Below are positions 12,601 through 27,600 of a stretch of DNA of 64,000 nucleotides, one piece after another. A program made the position numbers and the translations under genes. The notes under the pieces are model-generated. The model saw only the letters and a list, made by a program, of their open reading frames with translations. It searched no databases and had not been told where the DNA came from. The stretch is from Mytilus trossulus (Eukaryota), in contig NC_086379.1 in NCBI RefSeq assembly GCF_036588685.1, positions 80,972,001-81,036,000 of the forward strand, given 5' to 3'. Numbering within the stretch: the first letter of the stretch is position 1; every line of letters begins with the position of its first letter.

Positions 12601-15600
12601 TTCCATGAAAATGTACAGGAAAATCCTAGGCAAGATTACTTGAATATAAAGAGGGAAAATAAGAAAAACCTGATATGTTAAATTTGATTTCAGATTACCA
12701 TAGAAGCTGCAGTTGGTGATCGTGAAGTGATTATTGATAATCTAGTTCTGTTACCGGGACCATGTAGTAAGTCTTTGCATAAATTTTCTACCTCTTATTC
12801 ATATTGAGAATGTATTTAGATAATAAAGTTAAAAGGTATAAATCTTAATATATAGCCCCATTGCTTTCTATGTTAAATTCTGCTAAATGGCTACTTTGTC
12901 TTTAGTTCAAACTAAGTGGCAATTTTCTGTCAAAACTATACCTTATCCTGACTTATGCTGAAAAATTTAGCATAGCAGACAGGGATTTCCATGGTGGAAT
13001 TTTCACCATCACAAACAGTGATGACGCCGTACAGTGTAGCGCGATCGAAATTTATTTCATCCCTCCACACAAGGATTGGTGAACATGCTTATTCATTGCT
13101 TATTTAAATTATATTTATTTAACTTTACAATATAAATAGAAGTATAAATATTTTCAATAATTGCCGTTTTTAACCTATCAAAGACCAAGCCTTTGTCCAT
13201 CTTTAGATAGTATTCTCCTGTCTGGTTTGTTGAAGCCTGTACAAGCCGACAGGTACAAATGATTAGCAATCTTAATCAGGATATTCCTCAGGCATTAGAA
13301 CTGTATTGGATTTTAATATAAAAAAAGCCCAAGGGTTATAAATGAAATTACATGCATTTGATTATAATTGCTAAAAAAGATGGCGTCTGGCTATAAAAAC
13401 GATAACAGTTTTGAAAGATGGCGGAAGACAATTTAACGAAGGTGCAGGTCATTTGACGATGGCGCAAGACATTATGTTATATCCGACTGGGCCTGAATTA
13501 GTGGTTCTATACCTATAAGGTGTAACAAATTTAAAGTGAAGTTATTTTTCACTCAATTAAATACCAATATTGTGATATCATTGCAAAATGGTAAAATCTG
13601 TTAAATTTGCTCTTTGGTATATAATTTTGATGATACAAAATACCTCATCATGTAAACATAATAATAACCAGGCTTACCATTACAATGAATATTAACATAT
13701 TGTCTCCAAGAAAGTTATTGTCCCAACACTTGAAAGATGAACATCAGCATGATTGTGAATGCTGTAGAGCATATCTCTACCATAGGCTAAGTTATACTTA
13801 TTTTTCAGGTGGACCATGTGCAGCTACCAGGCCCTGTCAGAATGGAGGAGTTTGCATTCCCAATGGTTCTACAAAATACACTTGTCAATGTGTTACAGGA
13901 TTTACTGGTGATGATTGTTCACTCACAGGTGGGTAAATCAGATTCTTCATTGAATAAAACACTCATGAAAATAGACAAAAGCAAATACCTCTTGCAAAAG
14001 GCTGCCGATGCTATAATGTTTTCACCTGTCGGTCTTTCATCTTTTAGTTATAGACAGGATAAACACTTCTTTTTTTTGTTAGATCCTCTACAAAATTGAT
14101 GAAAGTTTCCACTCATCAACAGCTCAGTAATTTATAAAATTTTCTTAAAGGAAAAAATGAAACTTTCATAATTCCAAATCTGACTTATTAAAAGAAGATG
14201 TGTTATAAGTCTGGTCCTAACTATGTCAAATAAGTTATGGTTTAATGGATGCGAGAGGAACTATTTTTATGTCATTCCAGTATTTAAATTGACTTTATGT
14301 ATTACATATACAATTTTTACTGGTCAAATTTATTAGTAAAAACGTAAATTTCATTACAATGTGCATTGTAAAAGATCAAACTACTTTACATTATGAATAA
14401 GACGGGTGTCAATTTCTCTAATACGATCCCACTAAGTAGGCTTATTTTTTCATAAAACTTGCTTGTCAGCATTAATCTAAGATTCAAAAGAGAAATTTAG
14501 ATTATAACATTGATTTCAATTTACTGGTATGCTAATTTTAACAATAACGAACGTATAAAGAACATTATATATATTGAAGTTTAAATTTAATAAATTTATG
14601 AAATTATGAAAATTATTCAGTTGTCAAGATGTGTAGAGTAATTTATTTATGTTTTGTAGGAGTGTCAACCATATACAGCTGTACATTTGAAGATGGTTCA
14701 GATTGTTTTCTGTCTCAATCCAAGTCTGGTCAAAAGAACTGGATTGTTACATCTGTAAGTTTGTTTTAGAATTCCTTCATTTGATAAATAGTTATCCTGC
14801 CTGGAACCCCGCAAAAAAGAACTTTGTCATAAAGTTTCTTTTTAGTTTTTTATTTTTTATTTCAAAAATGTTTACTAATGGGATTTAAAATCTTTTTTGT
14901 TTGCCTATTTTCAAAGAAAATATAAGTGGTTTATATGTACATGTATGTCAGATCAAGTATAAATTTGGGTAGCATCACTTTTATTGTTCTTCAGTTATCT
15001 ACCTTTATAGCATTACTGTGGATTCATTAATTTTCTTTGGATACCAATTTTCGAGGATTTCTTGGGGACAGGGAAACCAGGAATTTAAATGTTCAAAGAA
15101 TTACAAATTTCCTAAAGGAATGATGTATGCAGACTTTGCCAAAACCACGAAATTAAATATCCACGTATATGCAAGTTTTCTTCAAACCACGAAAATTGGA
15201 ACCCACGAAAATAAATGAATCCACAGTATATGTTATGTAAGATAGGGCATCATCTGTGTCCATTCCCCATTTATTTTGTTCAAGAACTTAAGAAAAAAAT
15301 CACTTCTCATGTTGTCAGCAGTTGATGATGACAGTGATGAGTAATAAAACTTAGGATCTTGCAAACTTATACTTTTGTTTATATGTTAAATGCTAGTTCA
15401 GATATGATAAGCATAATAAAGTGTGCAACTGTTGTTTACTTTTAAACATAAAAAGTTGTTTCTCATACACATACACAAACTTTGAAAGCCTTAACTGCAT
15501 GAGATAATGACGCATATTGATTGTTGTGTAGTGTATTATCAATTTTAAGGTGGTACCTAACACTAGAGGGAGATAACTCGTTATATTTAGCCAAACGTTT

Positions 15601-18600
15601 TAATTACGTTGTCTTGTCAAATGAATATTAAGCTTCTCAATGATCAAAATTAATTTAGGTTTTTGTTATGAACTGTAGTTCAACCTAGATTGTAGATATA
15701 TATGCTTTCATTGTTTACATACAGAAACCAACACCATCAACAGTTACTGGGCCATCATTTGCTGCTGAAGGATTATTCTTCAGTTATTTAGAGACATCAT
15801 CGACAAACGAGGGACAAAAAGCCATTTATCAATCAAATGTTGATCTTCAAGGTAATTTTTTTCTTTAATCAAGTAAATATAAATATCTTACACATTGGAT
15901 ATGCAGCATAATTGAACTGATTATTGATAACATCTGCTTCCATAGAAAAAAGTAAAAACAAAAAAATACTGAACTCCAAGGAAAATTAAAAAAAGGAAAG
16001 TTCAAAATCAAGTGGCAAAATCAATAGTTCAAACACATCAAACAAATGGATAACAACTGTCATATTCCTGACTTGGTACAGGCATTTTCTTATGTAGAAA
16101 ATGGTTGATTGAACCTGGTTTTATAGCTAGCTAAACCTCTCACTTGTATGACAGTCACATCAAATTATAGATGAAAAGGTTGTCTCTGTACAGTATGACA
16201 CTGCTTTATAAATGTATTCTTGTTTACATGATATCTTAGTATACATTGTAATTTTTTTGCAAATCACTATAATTATCAATAAAACAATCTGTATAATGAA
16301 CAGAAAATAACTTTCTTTACTTTGAAAAAAATCTTATGAATAAAGAGAAACATTTTCCTTTTCATCAAATCATTTTGATTTTATATATACATATTTGGTA
16401 TAAAGAAGCATTTTAAAGATGATATATTGACATTAATTATTTTACAATTATTATTTAGCCACTGACAGATGTATGATATTCAGCTATCATATGTTTGGAT
16501 TATCTGTAGCCAGTCTAGCAGTAAAAGTAAAGGGCGATAAGATGGAAGAAACAGTTAAATGGATCAAATATTACTCACATGGTAACAGGTGGCACCAAGC
16601 TGGAGTATATATTCCTGCCATGGCTGGTCTTGAGGTAGAATATAACTAACAATAATGTATGAATATATAAAATGTGATGTTATTTTCATTGAGACAGCAA
16701 TGCAGCAACACAAATAAATCAAAAGAAACGATTTAAAAGGTCAGAATATGGTCTGTAACAATAAACAGTGACATGCTGGAGATAACACATGTTTAATCTT
16801 TTAGAACACTGTTATTAGTGAGCGTTAAGCTAGTTATGTATATTGCAAAGAGTTAACCGTATAGTTATGTCCTTATGAGGTCAAGTAGGTCAAAATTTGA
16901 GTTTTTCCCAAAATAAGAATTGGTGCTCCAAGTTCAGCATGAGGAGAGGATGAATCAAAAGAATATACATATAATATAACCCAAAGGTAGAGACTTCAGA
17001 GCAATAACTATGTCTTTTTATGCTTTGATAAAAGTGGTAACTGTAGTTCATACCACACATGGATAAAACATCTATGTATTCTACTAATAATATTTTCACC
17101 AAATTTGATGTTCATTTAATTTATATTTATACATATAGATATACATAGAAGCTTCTAGTGGTGGTGATTATATGGGAGACATTGCCATAGATGACGTACT
17201 ACTTAGACCTGGACTTTGTCGTAAGTATTTTAGTATTTTGTATAAATTTCAAGATTGTGATAGTTTTATAATAAGAATAGATTGACATGATCCATTTTAC
17301 AATGTGATCATACTGATGAAGGATGTCTGTTATCTGATCCATTGCCCCGTAAGATTAATCGTTGACTATTATTCAGTCATTTTATATATATAAATATACA
17401 TTTCAGCCACTGAAAGCTTTATTATGAAGTCTAGGTGGACATGTAGTTCAGTGCGCTGGATACAGTGCAGGCGATTTGGTGTCACAATTTCTCAATAGTG
17501 TGGGTTCGAACCCGGCTGGGAAGAACTAAAAATTTAGAAAAATTAACATTAATGCACTTTAGAGTAAGAATAATGTGTTTGAGAAGTCATGTCACCATGA
17601 GAACAGCCTTTCTTGTTATTGTTTGATCAAGTTTACTAGCATTTTGTCCTTCCATTATTTCAGTATGTGATTCCAGTCCATGTATGTTTGGTGGAACCTG
17701 TATCCCTGTTGACAACTCCACTTATCAGTGTTCATGTGCAGCTGGATTTAGTGGAGAAAATTGTCAAATTGTTGGTAAGATATTACTCATGCTAATGCAA
17801 GTGAAATGGTAATTATTTCACTTCTTTGTTTGAAAACGGATACCTTTAAAATTCCTTTTATCAGTTAATTAAAAATGTTTGTGCACTTTTATGCCATTGT
17901 TATATTTAAAGATTACAACTGTTGTTCTAATAATATATGTTTAAGTTCCAAAAAGATTTTTTTTTTTTCATAAATAGCTAACTTTTGCTGTATATGAATG
18001 TACCTTTGTTCATCACTTTTCCTCATAACTTTGTTTTATTATTTGTAGATACTGCAGCTTTGATTTGTTCATTTGAGAATACATTTTGTTCTTTCCTGGA
18101 GCAAGACCAGACCAATGATACAATAGACTGGAAATTAAATGATGTAAGTTTCTTTAGTTTCAACTGGTTGTATGTAATTTTTAGTTTCACTTGTTTAATT
18201 TGTATGTATATTTATTTTCACCTGATAGATTTCAATATATTAATTCACCTGTTCATATTTTATGTATATTCAGCTTCACTTGGACAATTTATACATATAT
18301 GATATTCAGCATTTTTATAAAACTGTTAGGATACTTTTTGATTTTTTTTGTATGAATATAAATTTAATGGATTGACTTTATAATGTGTGGAAAAGCTAAT
18401 GGAAAAAGAGATTGTTTTATTATGAATATATACTCTTAGATACAATGAGTTGAATAATACCTCCTGTATATAATTAAAGGGACACACATCAACATCAGGG
18501 ACAGGACCTTCTAGTGCGGCAGCAGGGACATACTATCTGTACATAGAGGGGAAGGGTAACACAGACTCTACTGCCAGACTGAACTCACTACAACTTTCAG

Positions 18601-21600
18601 GTATTACAAACAATTAAAATATACCCAATTGATTGGTTTAAATTCATGAAGAAAGAGCTTAACTGAACGGTTTAAATTAAAGTTATGAAGTTTTTTTTAA
18701 GTTTGAGGAAAGAGCCTTTTATATAAGTTTACCATATGATAAATATCTTTAATTGCATGTTTCCAGGGGTAAGTAATTAACCTGTATGAATAACCTTTAT
18801 CATTTTATCATTAATAACTGATTTTAGAAACCGAGCACTGTATGAAATTCTCCTACTATATGTATGGTGTGAATACTGGTTCCCTGAATGTGATAACAGA
18901 TGGTGGAGTAGGGGAGATAACTCAGTGGACAAGATCTGGAGATCAAGGTCAAAATTGGCATCAAGTTGAAATTGATTTAAACTTTACTACAACATCTAGG
19001 GTAGGTCTGGTATATTAATGCATAATTTAAGATTTAACTAGATTTCCAATGAAAAATATCAGTCATTAATTTGGTGATGTTCGGAGGGTAGGCTTGCTTC
19101 TGCATTACAGTGTCCGTGCAATAACTTGAAAATGCTTTGTTGAGTTGTATACCTGTAAATAACAAAAAGTGATACTTAGAGTGTTGTCCATCAATAACTA
19201 AAAATGTTTTGAAAAAATCTTTTTAAATTTAGGTATGTTGTTTCCTGTGACTGAATGAAGGTCAAGTTGGATATTGCTCTTATTATAGTTGTTGAGTTGT
19301 AGACCTTTCAGTAAGGAAAAGTGATGCTGTAGTGTAATAAATTGAAAGCACTTTGATGAAATCTCTTCATATTGAAAAAGAAGTTTAGATTAACAAATGT
19401 AGCAGTCATGGTATCAAGTTATCATTCCTTCAAGTATTTTTTCAATTAATTTTTTAACACAAATTATTTTTTAATAGTTGACTTATATTTATAAAAGTGC
19501 ACAAATGTCATCTGATTTCTTGCAGATAATAATAGAGGGAATTGTGGGAAGTGGAGACAAGTCTGACATTGCTGTAGATTTTATTTCAATATCACCTTTG
19601 ACTTGTGGTAAGTATTTAGGTCAAGTTTATGAAGTAGATAAAAAATCAAAACAAACAAAACTTAAAATGTTTTTTTTCTTCAAAGTGAGAAAGAATTACA
19701 CTAGTAATTGTTGGGGCCTTTATTTAGTTGTAATCTGAAAAAACTCTTTTGAGAATAGGATAGCAATGCTAGTGACTATTTGTCAATTATTGCATATATA
19801 TGTATGGCAACATTGTCTTTTGATATTTTATGGATTTCTTTCCTTGATATCATATTGTATGTTCCTTGTGTATTATTAGGACTAAGAATTTTTCCCTCTA
19901 AATAAAATAAGTTAAATCATTTTCTCAATTCAATGTGTATTTTGAAAATTCATAATATCTAATTGTGTGAAATCTAAACTGAACAAAACTTTCAGAGAGA
20001 GACCAATGCAACACATTAAGTAAAAATATAAAAAAGTCTTTAATATATTTTATACATTTGGAATTCATTATGCCTCATTCTAAACAAAAATATTATTTTT
20101 TATACCCCAGCTTTAAAAAGGGGGGGGGGGGTAATACTGTCTTACCTCTGTCTGTCCTTCCGTTAGTTAGTCTGTCTGTCCCATGAATATTTTTTGTCGC
20201 ATTTTTCTCAGGAACTACAATACAAGGATTTCTGAAATTTGGTTTCAGGGTTTATCTAAGTCAGCCATACCGTGTGAAGGGTTTTCAGATTGATCATTTG
20301 ACAACTTCCTGTTTTTTTACCGAACACTTGTATGATTTTACACATGAAAGCCAAGTTGAAAATTTTCGTCACATTTTTCTCAGGAACTACAATACAAGGA
20401 TTTCTGAAATTTGGTTTCAGGATTTATATAAGTCAGCTATACCGTGTGATGCGTTTTCAGATTCATCAATTGACAACTTCCTGTTAACCGAACACTTGCA
20501 TATTTTTACACTATTAATATTATCCACTTGCCGCGGGGGTATCATCAGTGAGCAGTAGCTCTCAGTTTCACTTGTTTTATAATTTTTTATATATTTTAGA
20601 TCAGAACTCATCTTTTTGTTCTCCAAATCCATGTCAGAATTCAGGAATATGTACGGAAACAGCCCTGTCTTTCACTTGTAGTTGTAAGCAAGAGTTTACA
20701 GGAAACATTTGTGAATTGGATGGTAAGTTGATATAAACATTTAACTTGGGTAATAAGTATGAAATGGTTGAACATTATAATTCAAAGTCAAACTGTCTGA
20801 TGTAAGAGTCACCTTAGTGCACAAGTTACATCATGTATTTCTCTTTCTTACTATACTTTGTTTTGCCAACCAGGTATGTTAATTTTCGAAATCCAACTAC
20901 ATCAAAGATACTTGAAAAACAATTTGAATAATGGAGAAAATCTTTTTAATATTACTTTAATAAATTAATTTGAAATTTTAACATTTAATTCATCTTATTG
21001 TTCCCAATAGCTGCAGTCCTTTTGTACCATTTAAGATTTGCATCAAATCAGTGATTTTCTTTTCAATGATATCTGGATTCATGACGATAGTTTATTGAAA
21101 TTAATGTTTTTCATTCTTAATGTTCTTAAACTGGGGGTTCATGATATGTGCATTTTTCATAAAGACGACTTCTATATTAATAAAACTTTTTTGTAGTGGT
21201 GAATGGTAACTGGGGATCTTGGACAGATGGTTTATGTTCTGTAACATGTGGTGATGGACAAATAACTAGGACTCGTACATGTGATAATCCACAACCAGCC
21301 AATGGTGGAGCTTCTTGTGCAGGATCAGCCAATGAAATTCAAGTTTGCAATGAAGGGGCATGTCCTCCAGTCAATGGTAACTGGGGATCTTGGTCTGATT
21401 TTACTTCCTGTTCAGTGAGTTGTAGCGGAGGAACACAGGCCAGGATAAGGTCATGTGATGATCCTGTTCCAGAGTCGGGAGGAATATACTGTATGGGGTC
21501 ATCTACAGAATCACAGTCCTGCAATGATGAAAAATGTCCAGGTAAGGATCATTGTTGATTTTGTTTAAAAAAATCTGTAACATTAGATGAAGCCAATAAT

Positions 21601-24600
21601 ATTTAATATCTATTCATAATTTAAAGAAAAAATAACATGTTGCCAGTAAACTTGATTTGCGACCGTCAAATCGCCTATTAGAAACTATTACAAAATAATA
21701 TATTTTCATAAAATAATTGTATTAGCATAGATCACTCACCTGCTCAAGATAACCTGTTTTCGGAACATACACAAACTTATACATAATGTGACTCATGACT
21801 TTATAGAGAAAAATAATAATTATTGATATCAAACATTTTGATATAAAAAGTCCATTACCAATTACTTAACTCTCAGAATCAACTCTTTGTCTAAATAATG
21901 CATGAATCTTTAGGAGTTTAGAAGTAAGTTATTATTTTTCAGATGATGAAACGTTTACTTGTACATTTGAGGCCAGCGATAGTTCTTGTTTTCTGACTGA
22001 TGAGAAAAATCTATCAAGAGATATATTTGATTGGACTACAAACTCAGTAAGTTTCTTTTTTGTACCAAATAGATTTTACTTTGCTTTCTAAAAATATCTT
22101 TTATATAATGCTACTCAGCATTGAATTTTGACATTGGTCATTTGTCATTTATGGTAGTTTATCATTTTATGATTTGATTTGATTGCTTGGTGTTTAATGC
22201 CACGTACGGGATTTGAACTCACAACCTCAATGTTGACTGACTTGTGGTACAGTAGTTCAACTACTTAGACCATTTTGCCAAAGAGTTCCCTTCATTTAAT
22301 GTCAGCAAAATAACTCTGACACAAGAAAGTGTTGGGTTTTTTTGTTGTTTTTTTTTAAATATTTAGGCTGCAAGCCTCACTGAAGAGACAATAATAGTTG
22401 AAATACCATCTAATGCAGAAAAATTATTACTTTTTATTTGATCTGGTTAAACAAGGTACAACATTGTCATTTTTTTCTTAAACAGCTATTTTCTTGATAC
22501 ATTTATAGGGTCCCACTAAGATAAAGAAGACTGGACCCTCATTTGCAGCCAGTGGAACATTTTACAAATACATAGAAACTTTGAAACCCAGGAAGAAAGG
22601 ACAGAATGCAAGGCTTGTCAATTCACAGAGTCTTAAAGGTATTTTTTTAATGAATGGCCAATGCAGATAAAGTATATATGTGGATCTTTATAGTCCTTGC
22701 TATTTTTTATTATGCCCCATTTAACTCCACTGTATTGATGTAATTACTAAATCAGTCTATCAATCTGTATACTGTGGATTCATTAATATTCGTTGGATAC
22801 CAATTTTCGTGGATTTCGTGGATACCGAAGAACCACGAATTTAAATGTTCAACGAATTACAAATTTTCTTAAGGAATGTATGCAGACGTTACAAAAACCA
22901 TGAATTTAAGTATCCACGAATATGCAAGTTTTCCTCAAACCACGAAAAATTGGTACCCACGAAAATAAATTAATCCAAAGTAGTTATATTATAGCCATTA
23001 CCATACTAAAGGTCAACTGTTTTATTTTGAATTGCTATAAAAATGTCCAAACTAAGCTCATTTATAGTTTTTCTTTTGATAAGTTTCTATATTCATAAGA
23101 ATCACACATTATGTGAATAAAAACATTTCATATTCAGTAAAATATTTGTGAAATTGCAATATGTTTGTAGGAAGTTTCCATGGGGGAGATAATTGTATTT
23201 TGGTTTCAAAAAGTCTTTATTCAAAAGAATAGTATTTAAAGTTATCTCCCCAAAGAAACTTATCAATAACATATTGTTATTTCACACATATTTTACTGAA
23301 TATTTGATGTATTATTTTAAGGGATATATGATTCTTATAAATATAAAATCCTTTTCGAAAGAAAAACGATATATAAGCTTAGTTTGGACATTTTTATAGC
23401 AATTCAAAATAAAACAGTCGACCTTTAGTATGGTAAAGGCTATAATATAACTATACAGATTGATAGACTGATTTAGTAATTACATTATTACAGCAGAGTT
23501 AAAGTCCTATAGGATTGTAAGTATGATTTATTTTTTCACCTTGCTCTTTCACATTTTGACTGAAAAATTTGTTCAAATTTGTGACCAGTTGAACAATTTG
23601 GTTTAATAAAACAAATTGCAATTTGGTCAAAATTTTGAATGAGTTGCAATTGGTGGAGAGCAACACTAACAGTCAAGTCATACACCTTATCGCTATTTAT
23701 CCGCCATTGCTGGATTTCACACAGGTTCCCGTAAAATGTTGACGTCATAAAACAAAATATCTGACGCCACAATGGAAAAGTGATTGTTGTTGACGTCAAA
23801 AGTTCAAGCGGCAGGGTCAGCCGGGATTAGCGATAAGGTGTATTGTAATATTTAAACATCCACAATAGAAAATTAAAGAGAATGGGACATCCATCCATAA
23901 CACAAAATCAGTACATGCACATCAAGTAACACACTAAAAGCAAACGAACAGCACTTTTAATTCTATGGATTTTTTGGGGGCCTTGGTGGCTGAGTGGTCT
24001 AAGTAGTTACTACTGTAATTTCTAGCCACTCAACACTGAGGTTGTGAGTTCCAACACCTCTCATGCAGGTGCACTGCACTCCAATCTAAATTGACTAGGA
24101 TTTTAAGTCAAAGGTCGGTGGTTTTCCTTGAGCACTCTGGCTTCCTCCACCAATAAAAACTGACCACTACCAAATAGCCTAAATGCTGTGCTTGAAAGTG
24201 GCGTTTAAACACCAAAAATCAAATCAAATCTATTAATTTTGTAAGATGTAGCAAGCTTGTTTTTACCTCTAACAAATATTTTTGTTCTCCATTTTATCTT
24301 AGTTAATTGTTTATTTTCAGCTCTGAGTAGATGTCTCAGCTTTTCGTACAACATGAATGGTCCCCAGATAGGATCTCTGAATGTTCTTAGCATAGATTCT
24401 AGTGCACAGGAAACAATTTTATGGAGTAGAAATGGAAACAAGGGAAACGTGTGGAGGCAAGGAAGTGTTAATGTTAATACTTCACCAGATATGCAGGTAA
24501 TTTATTGAAATCCGTTGAAAAAAAACATACTAAGTAGGAATCAGAAACCATAAATCAAATAAACTGGCAATAGTTTGACTGAAAGTAAAAACATAATAAG

Positions 24601-27600
24601 ACCATGATTTGTGAATGGTATTTGGTAAGCAGTTGTTCTAGTAATGGCTGTTTTCATTTCCACGAAGATTGTTTGGCCCAGCATCCTCAGTCATTGATTA
24701 TCAACTTGGAGTATTTACATTTTTATTAAAGTATTGCTGTTTAAATTTAAATATTTGCCTTACACTTTCAAAATTATACTCAAATGAGACATATCTTTGT
24801 GTAAACTATTTATTTTTTACTATAAATTTTAAAGTACATTTTGCTATTGTTTTGTTCCGTTTTACAGCTCGCAATTGAAGGTGTAGTAGGTGGAAAAAAA
24901 GGACACATTGCTGTGGATAATATTTTACTGAAACCTGAGGAATGTCGTATGTATTGTTGTTACTTTAGGTTTAAATGACATCTGAATGTTACCTTTGGTT
25001 AATTATTTGTAAGCATAGTCCCAACTGGCCAAATGAGCTATTACAATTAACTTTATTTTAATTATAGGTCAAACAAGGTCATTTTTTTTGTTGATATCAT
25101 GGAAGCATAATCACCTTGAGAGAAGGAAGTTGAGGATTCAATCCGTGGCTGAGTGAAGTCAATAACTAAAGCATGTTTTTTACTGCTTTTCTGCTAAGCA
25201 TGCAGCATTCAGTAGTAACCTCAAAGATCTGTTGGCTTAGAGTCAGAATAATCTAATAATAATTTTTATAGGATGAAATATCTTCTTTTTGAATTTTCTT
25301 GTGAACCAGACTCAGCATGTTTGTTCAGTAGAGAGCATGGTTCCTGTCTCTCTAACATATTCTCATACCAAACATTAATATTTGCATGTAATATTTTACC
25401 AATCAATCCATCCATCATTTTATGGCCCCATCAAAGATTCTATATACTGACACTACAGCTTTATATTTAAATGAAAATTTTTTTTTTTATTTTTCTTAAT
25501 TACAAAATGGTGTAATGGTTACAAAAATAATAAACAGAATGCTTTTTTGAAACTTTAAAGACACTTTTAAGACGAGTAAAATGTGGATAAGAAATATAGG
25601 ATGGTTAGATATACTACTAACCTGTGTTAACTACTAAATAGTATCCTTTTGTTTTAGCACCCTGTGATGTTGAACCCTGTCAGAATGGAGGAGTTTGTTC
25701 TGTGACAGGGGATACGTACACATGTACCTGTCCTGCAGGATTTGGTGGTCCTAACTGTCAGTATATAGGTATGTATATCTACATAGTGTTATGATTGGTG
25801 ATTCTTACACATGTACCTGTCCTACAGGATTTGGTGGTCCTAACTGTCAGTATATAGGTATGTATATCTACATAGTGTTATGATTGGTGATTCTTACACA
25901 TGTACCTGTCCTGCAGGATTTGGTGGTCCTAATTGTCAGTATATAGGTATGTATATGTACAGAGAATTATGATTGGTGATTCTTACACATGTACCTGTCC
26001 TGCAGGATTTGGTGGTCCTAATTGTCAGTATATAGGTATGTATATCTTCATAGTGTTATGATTGATGATTCTTACACATGTACCTGTCCTACAGGATTTG
26101 GTGGTCCTAATTGTCAGTATATAGGTATGTATATGTACAGAGAATTATGATTGGTGATTCTTACACATGTACCTGTCCTGCAGGATTTGGTGGTCCTAAT
26201 TGTCAGTATATAGGTATGTATATCTTCATAGTGTTATGATTGATGATTCTTACACATGTACCTGTCCTGCAGGATTTGGTGGTCCTAATTATCAGTATAT
26301 AGGTATGTATATGTACAGAGAATTATGATTGGTGATTCTTACACATGTACCTGTCATACAGGATTTGGTGGTCCTAACTGTCAGTATATAGGTATGTATA
26401 TCTACATAGTGTTATGATTGGTGATTCTTACACATGTACCTGTCCTACAGGATATGGTGGTCCTAATTGTCAGTATATAGGTATGTATATCTTCATAGTG
26501 TTATGATTGGTGATTCTTACACATGTACCTGTCCTACAGGATTTGGTGGTCCTAATTGTCAGTATATAGGTATGTATATCTTCATAGTGTTATGATTGGT
26601 GATTCTTACACATGTACCTGTCCTACAGGATTTGGTGGTCCTAATTGTCAGTATATAGGTATGTATATTAACATAGTGTTATGATTGGTGATTCTTACAC
26701 ATGTACCTGTCCTACAGGATTTGGTGGTCCTAATTGTCAGTATATAGGTATGTATATCTTCATAGTGTTATGATTGGTGATTCTTACACATGTACCTGTC
26801 CTACAGGATTTGGTGGTCCTAATTGTCAGTATATAGGTATGTATATCTTCATAGTGTTATGATTGGTGATTCTTACACATGTACCTGTCCTACAGGATTT
26901 GGTGGTCCTAATTGTCAGTATATAGGTATGTATATCTACATAGTGTTATGATTGGTGATTCTTACACATGTACCTGTCCTACAGGATATGGTGTCCTAAT
27001 TGTCAGTATATAGGTATGTATATCTTCATAGTGTTATGATTGGTGATTCTTACACATGAACCTGTCCTGCAGGATTTGGTGGTCCTAATTGTCAGTATAT
27101 AGGTATGTATATCTACATAGTGTTTTGATTGGTGATTCTTACACATGTACCTGTCCTGCAGGATATGGTGGTCCTAATTGTCAGTATATAGGTATGTATA
27201 TGTACAGAGAATTATGATTGGTGATTCTTACACATGTACCTGTCCTGCAGGATTTGGTGGTCCTAATTGTCAGTATATAGGTATGTATATCTACATATTG
27301 TTATGATTGGTGATTCTTACACATGAACCTGTCCTGCAGGATTTGGTGGTCCTAATTGTCAGTATATAGGTATGTATATCTACATAGTGTTTTGATTGGT
27401 GATTCTTACACATGTACCTGTCCTGCAGGATATGGTGGTCCTAACTGTCAGTATATAGGTATGTATATCTTCATAGTGTTATGATTGGTGATTCTTACAC
27501 ATGTACCTGTCCTGCAGGATATGGTGGTCCTAACTGTCAGTATATAGGTATGTATATCTTCATAGTGTTATGATTGGTGATTCTTACACATGTACCTGTC

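Noticed and set aside
12980-13690. Transposon-like intronic segment starting cagggatttcc
   Set aside because: No matching right TIR or TSD was found, so its boundaries are unsupported.
17313-17345. ctgatga followed by an ggat/atcc stem, resembling a hammerhead
   Set aside because: No GAAA, stem III or cleavage triplet follows.
17435-17530. tRNA-like A/B boxes (gggttcgaacccgg)
   Set aside because: No complete cloverleaf; most likely a SINE head rather than a tRNA gene.
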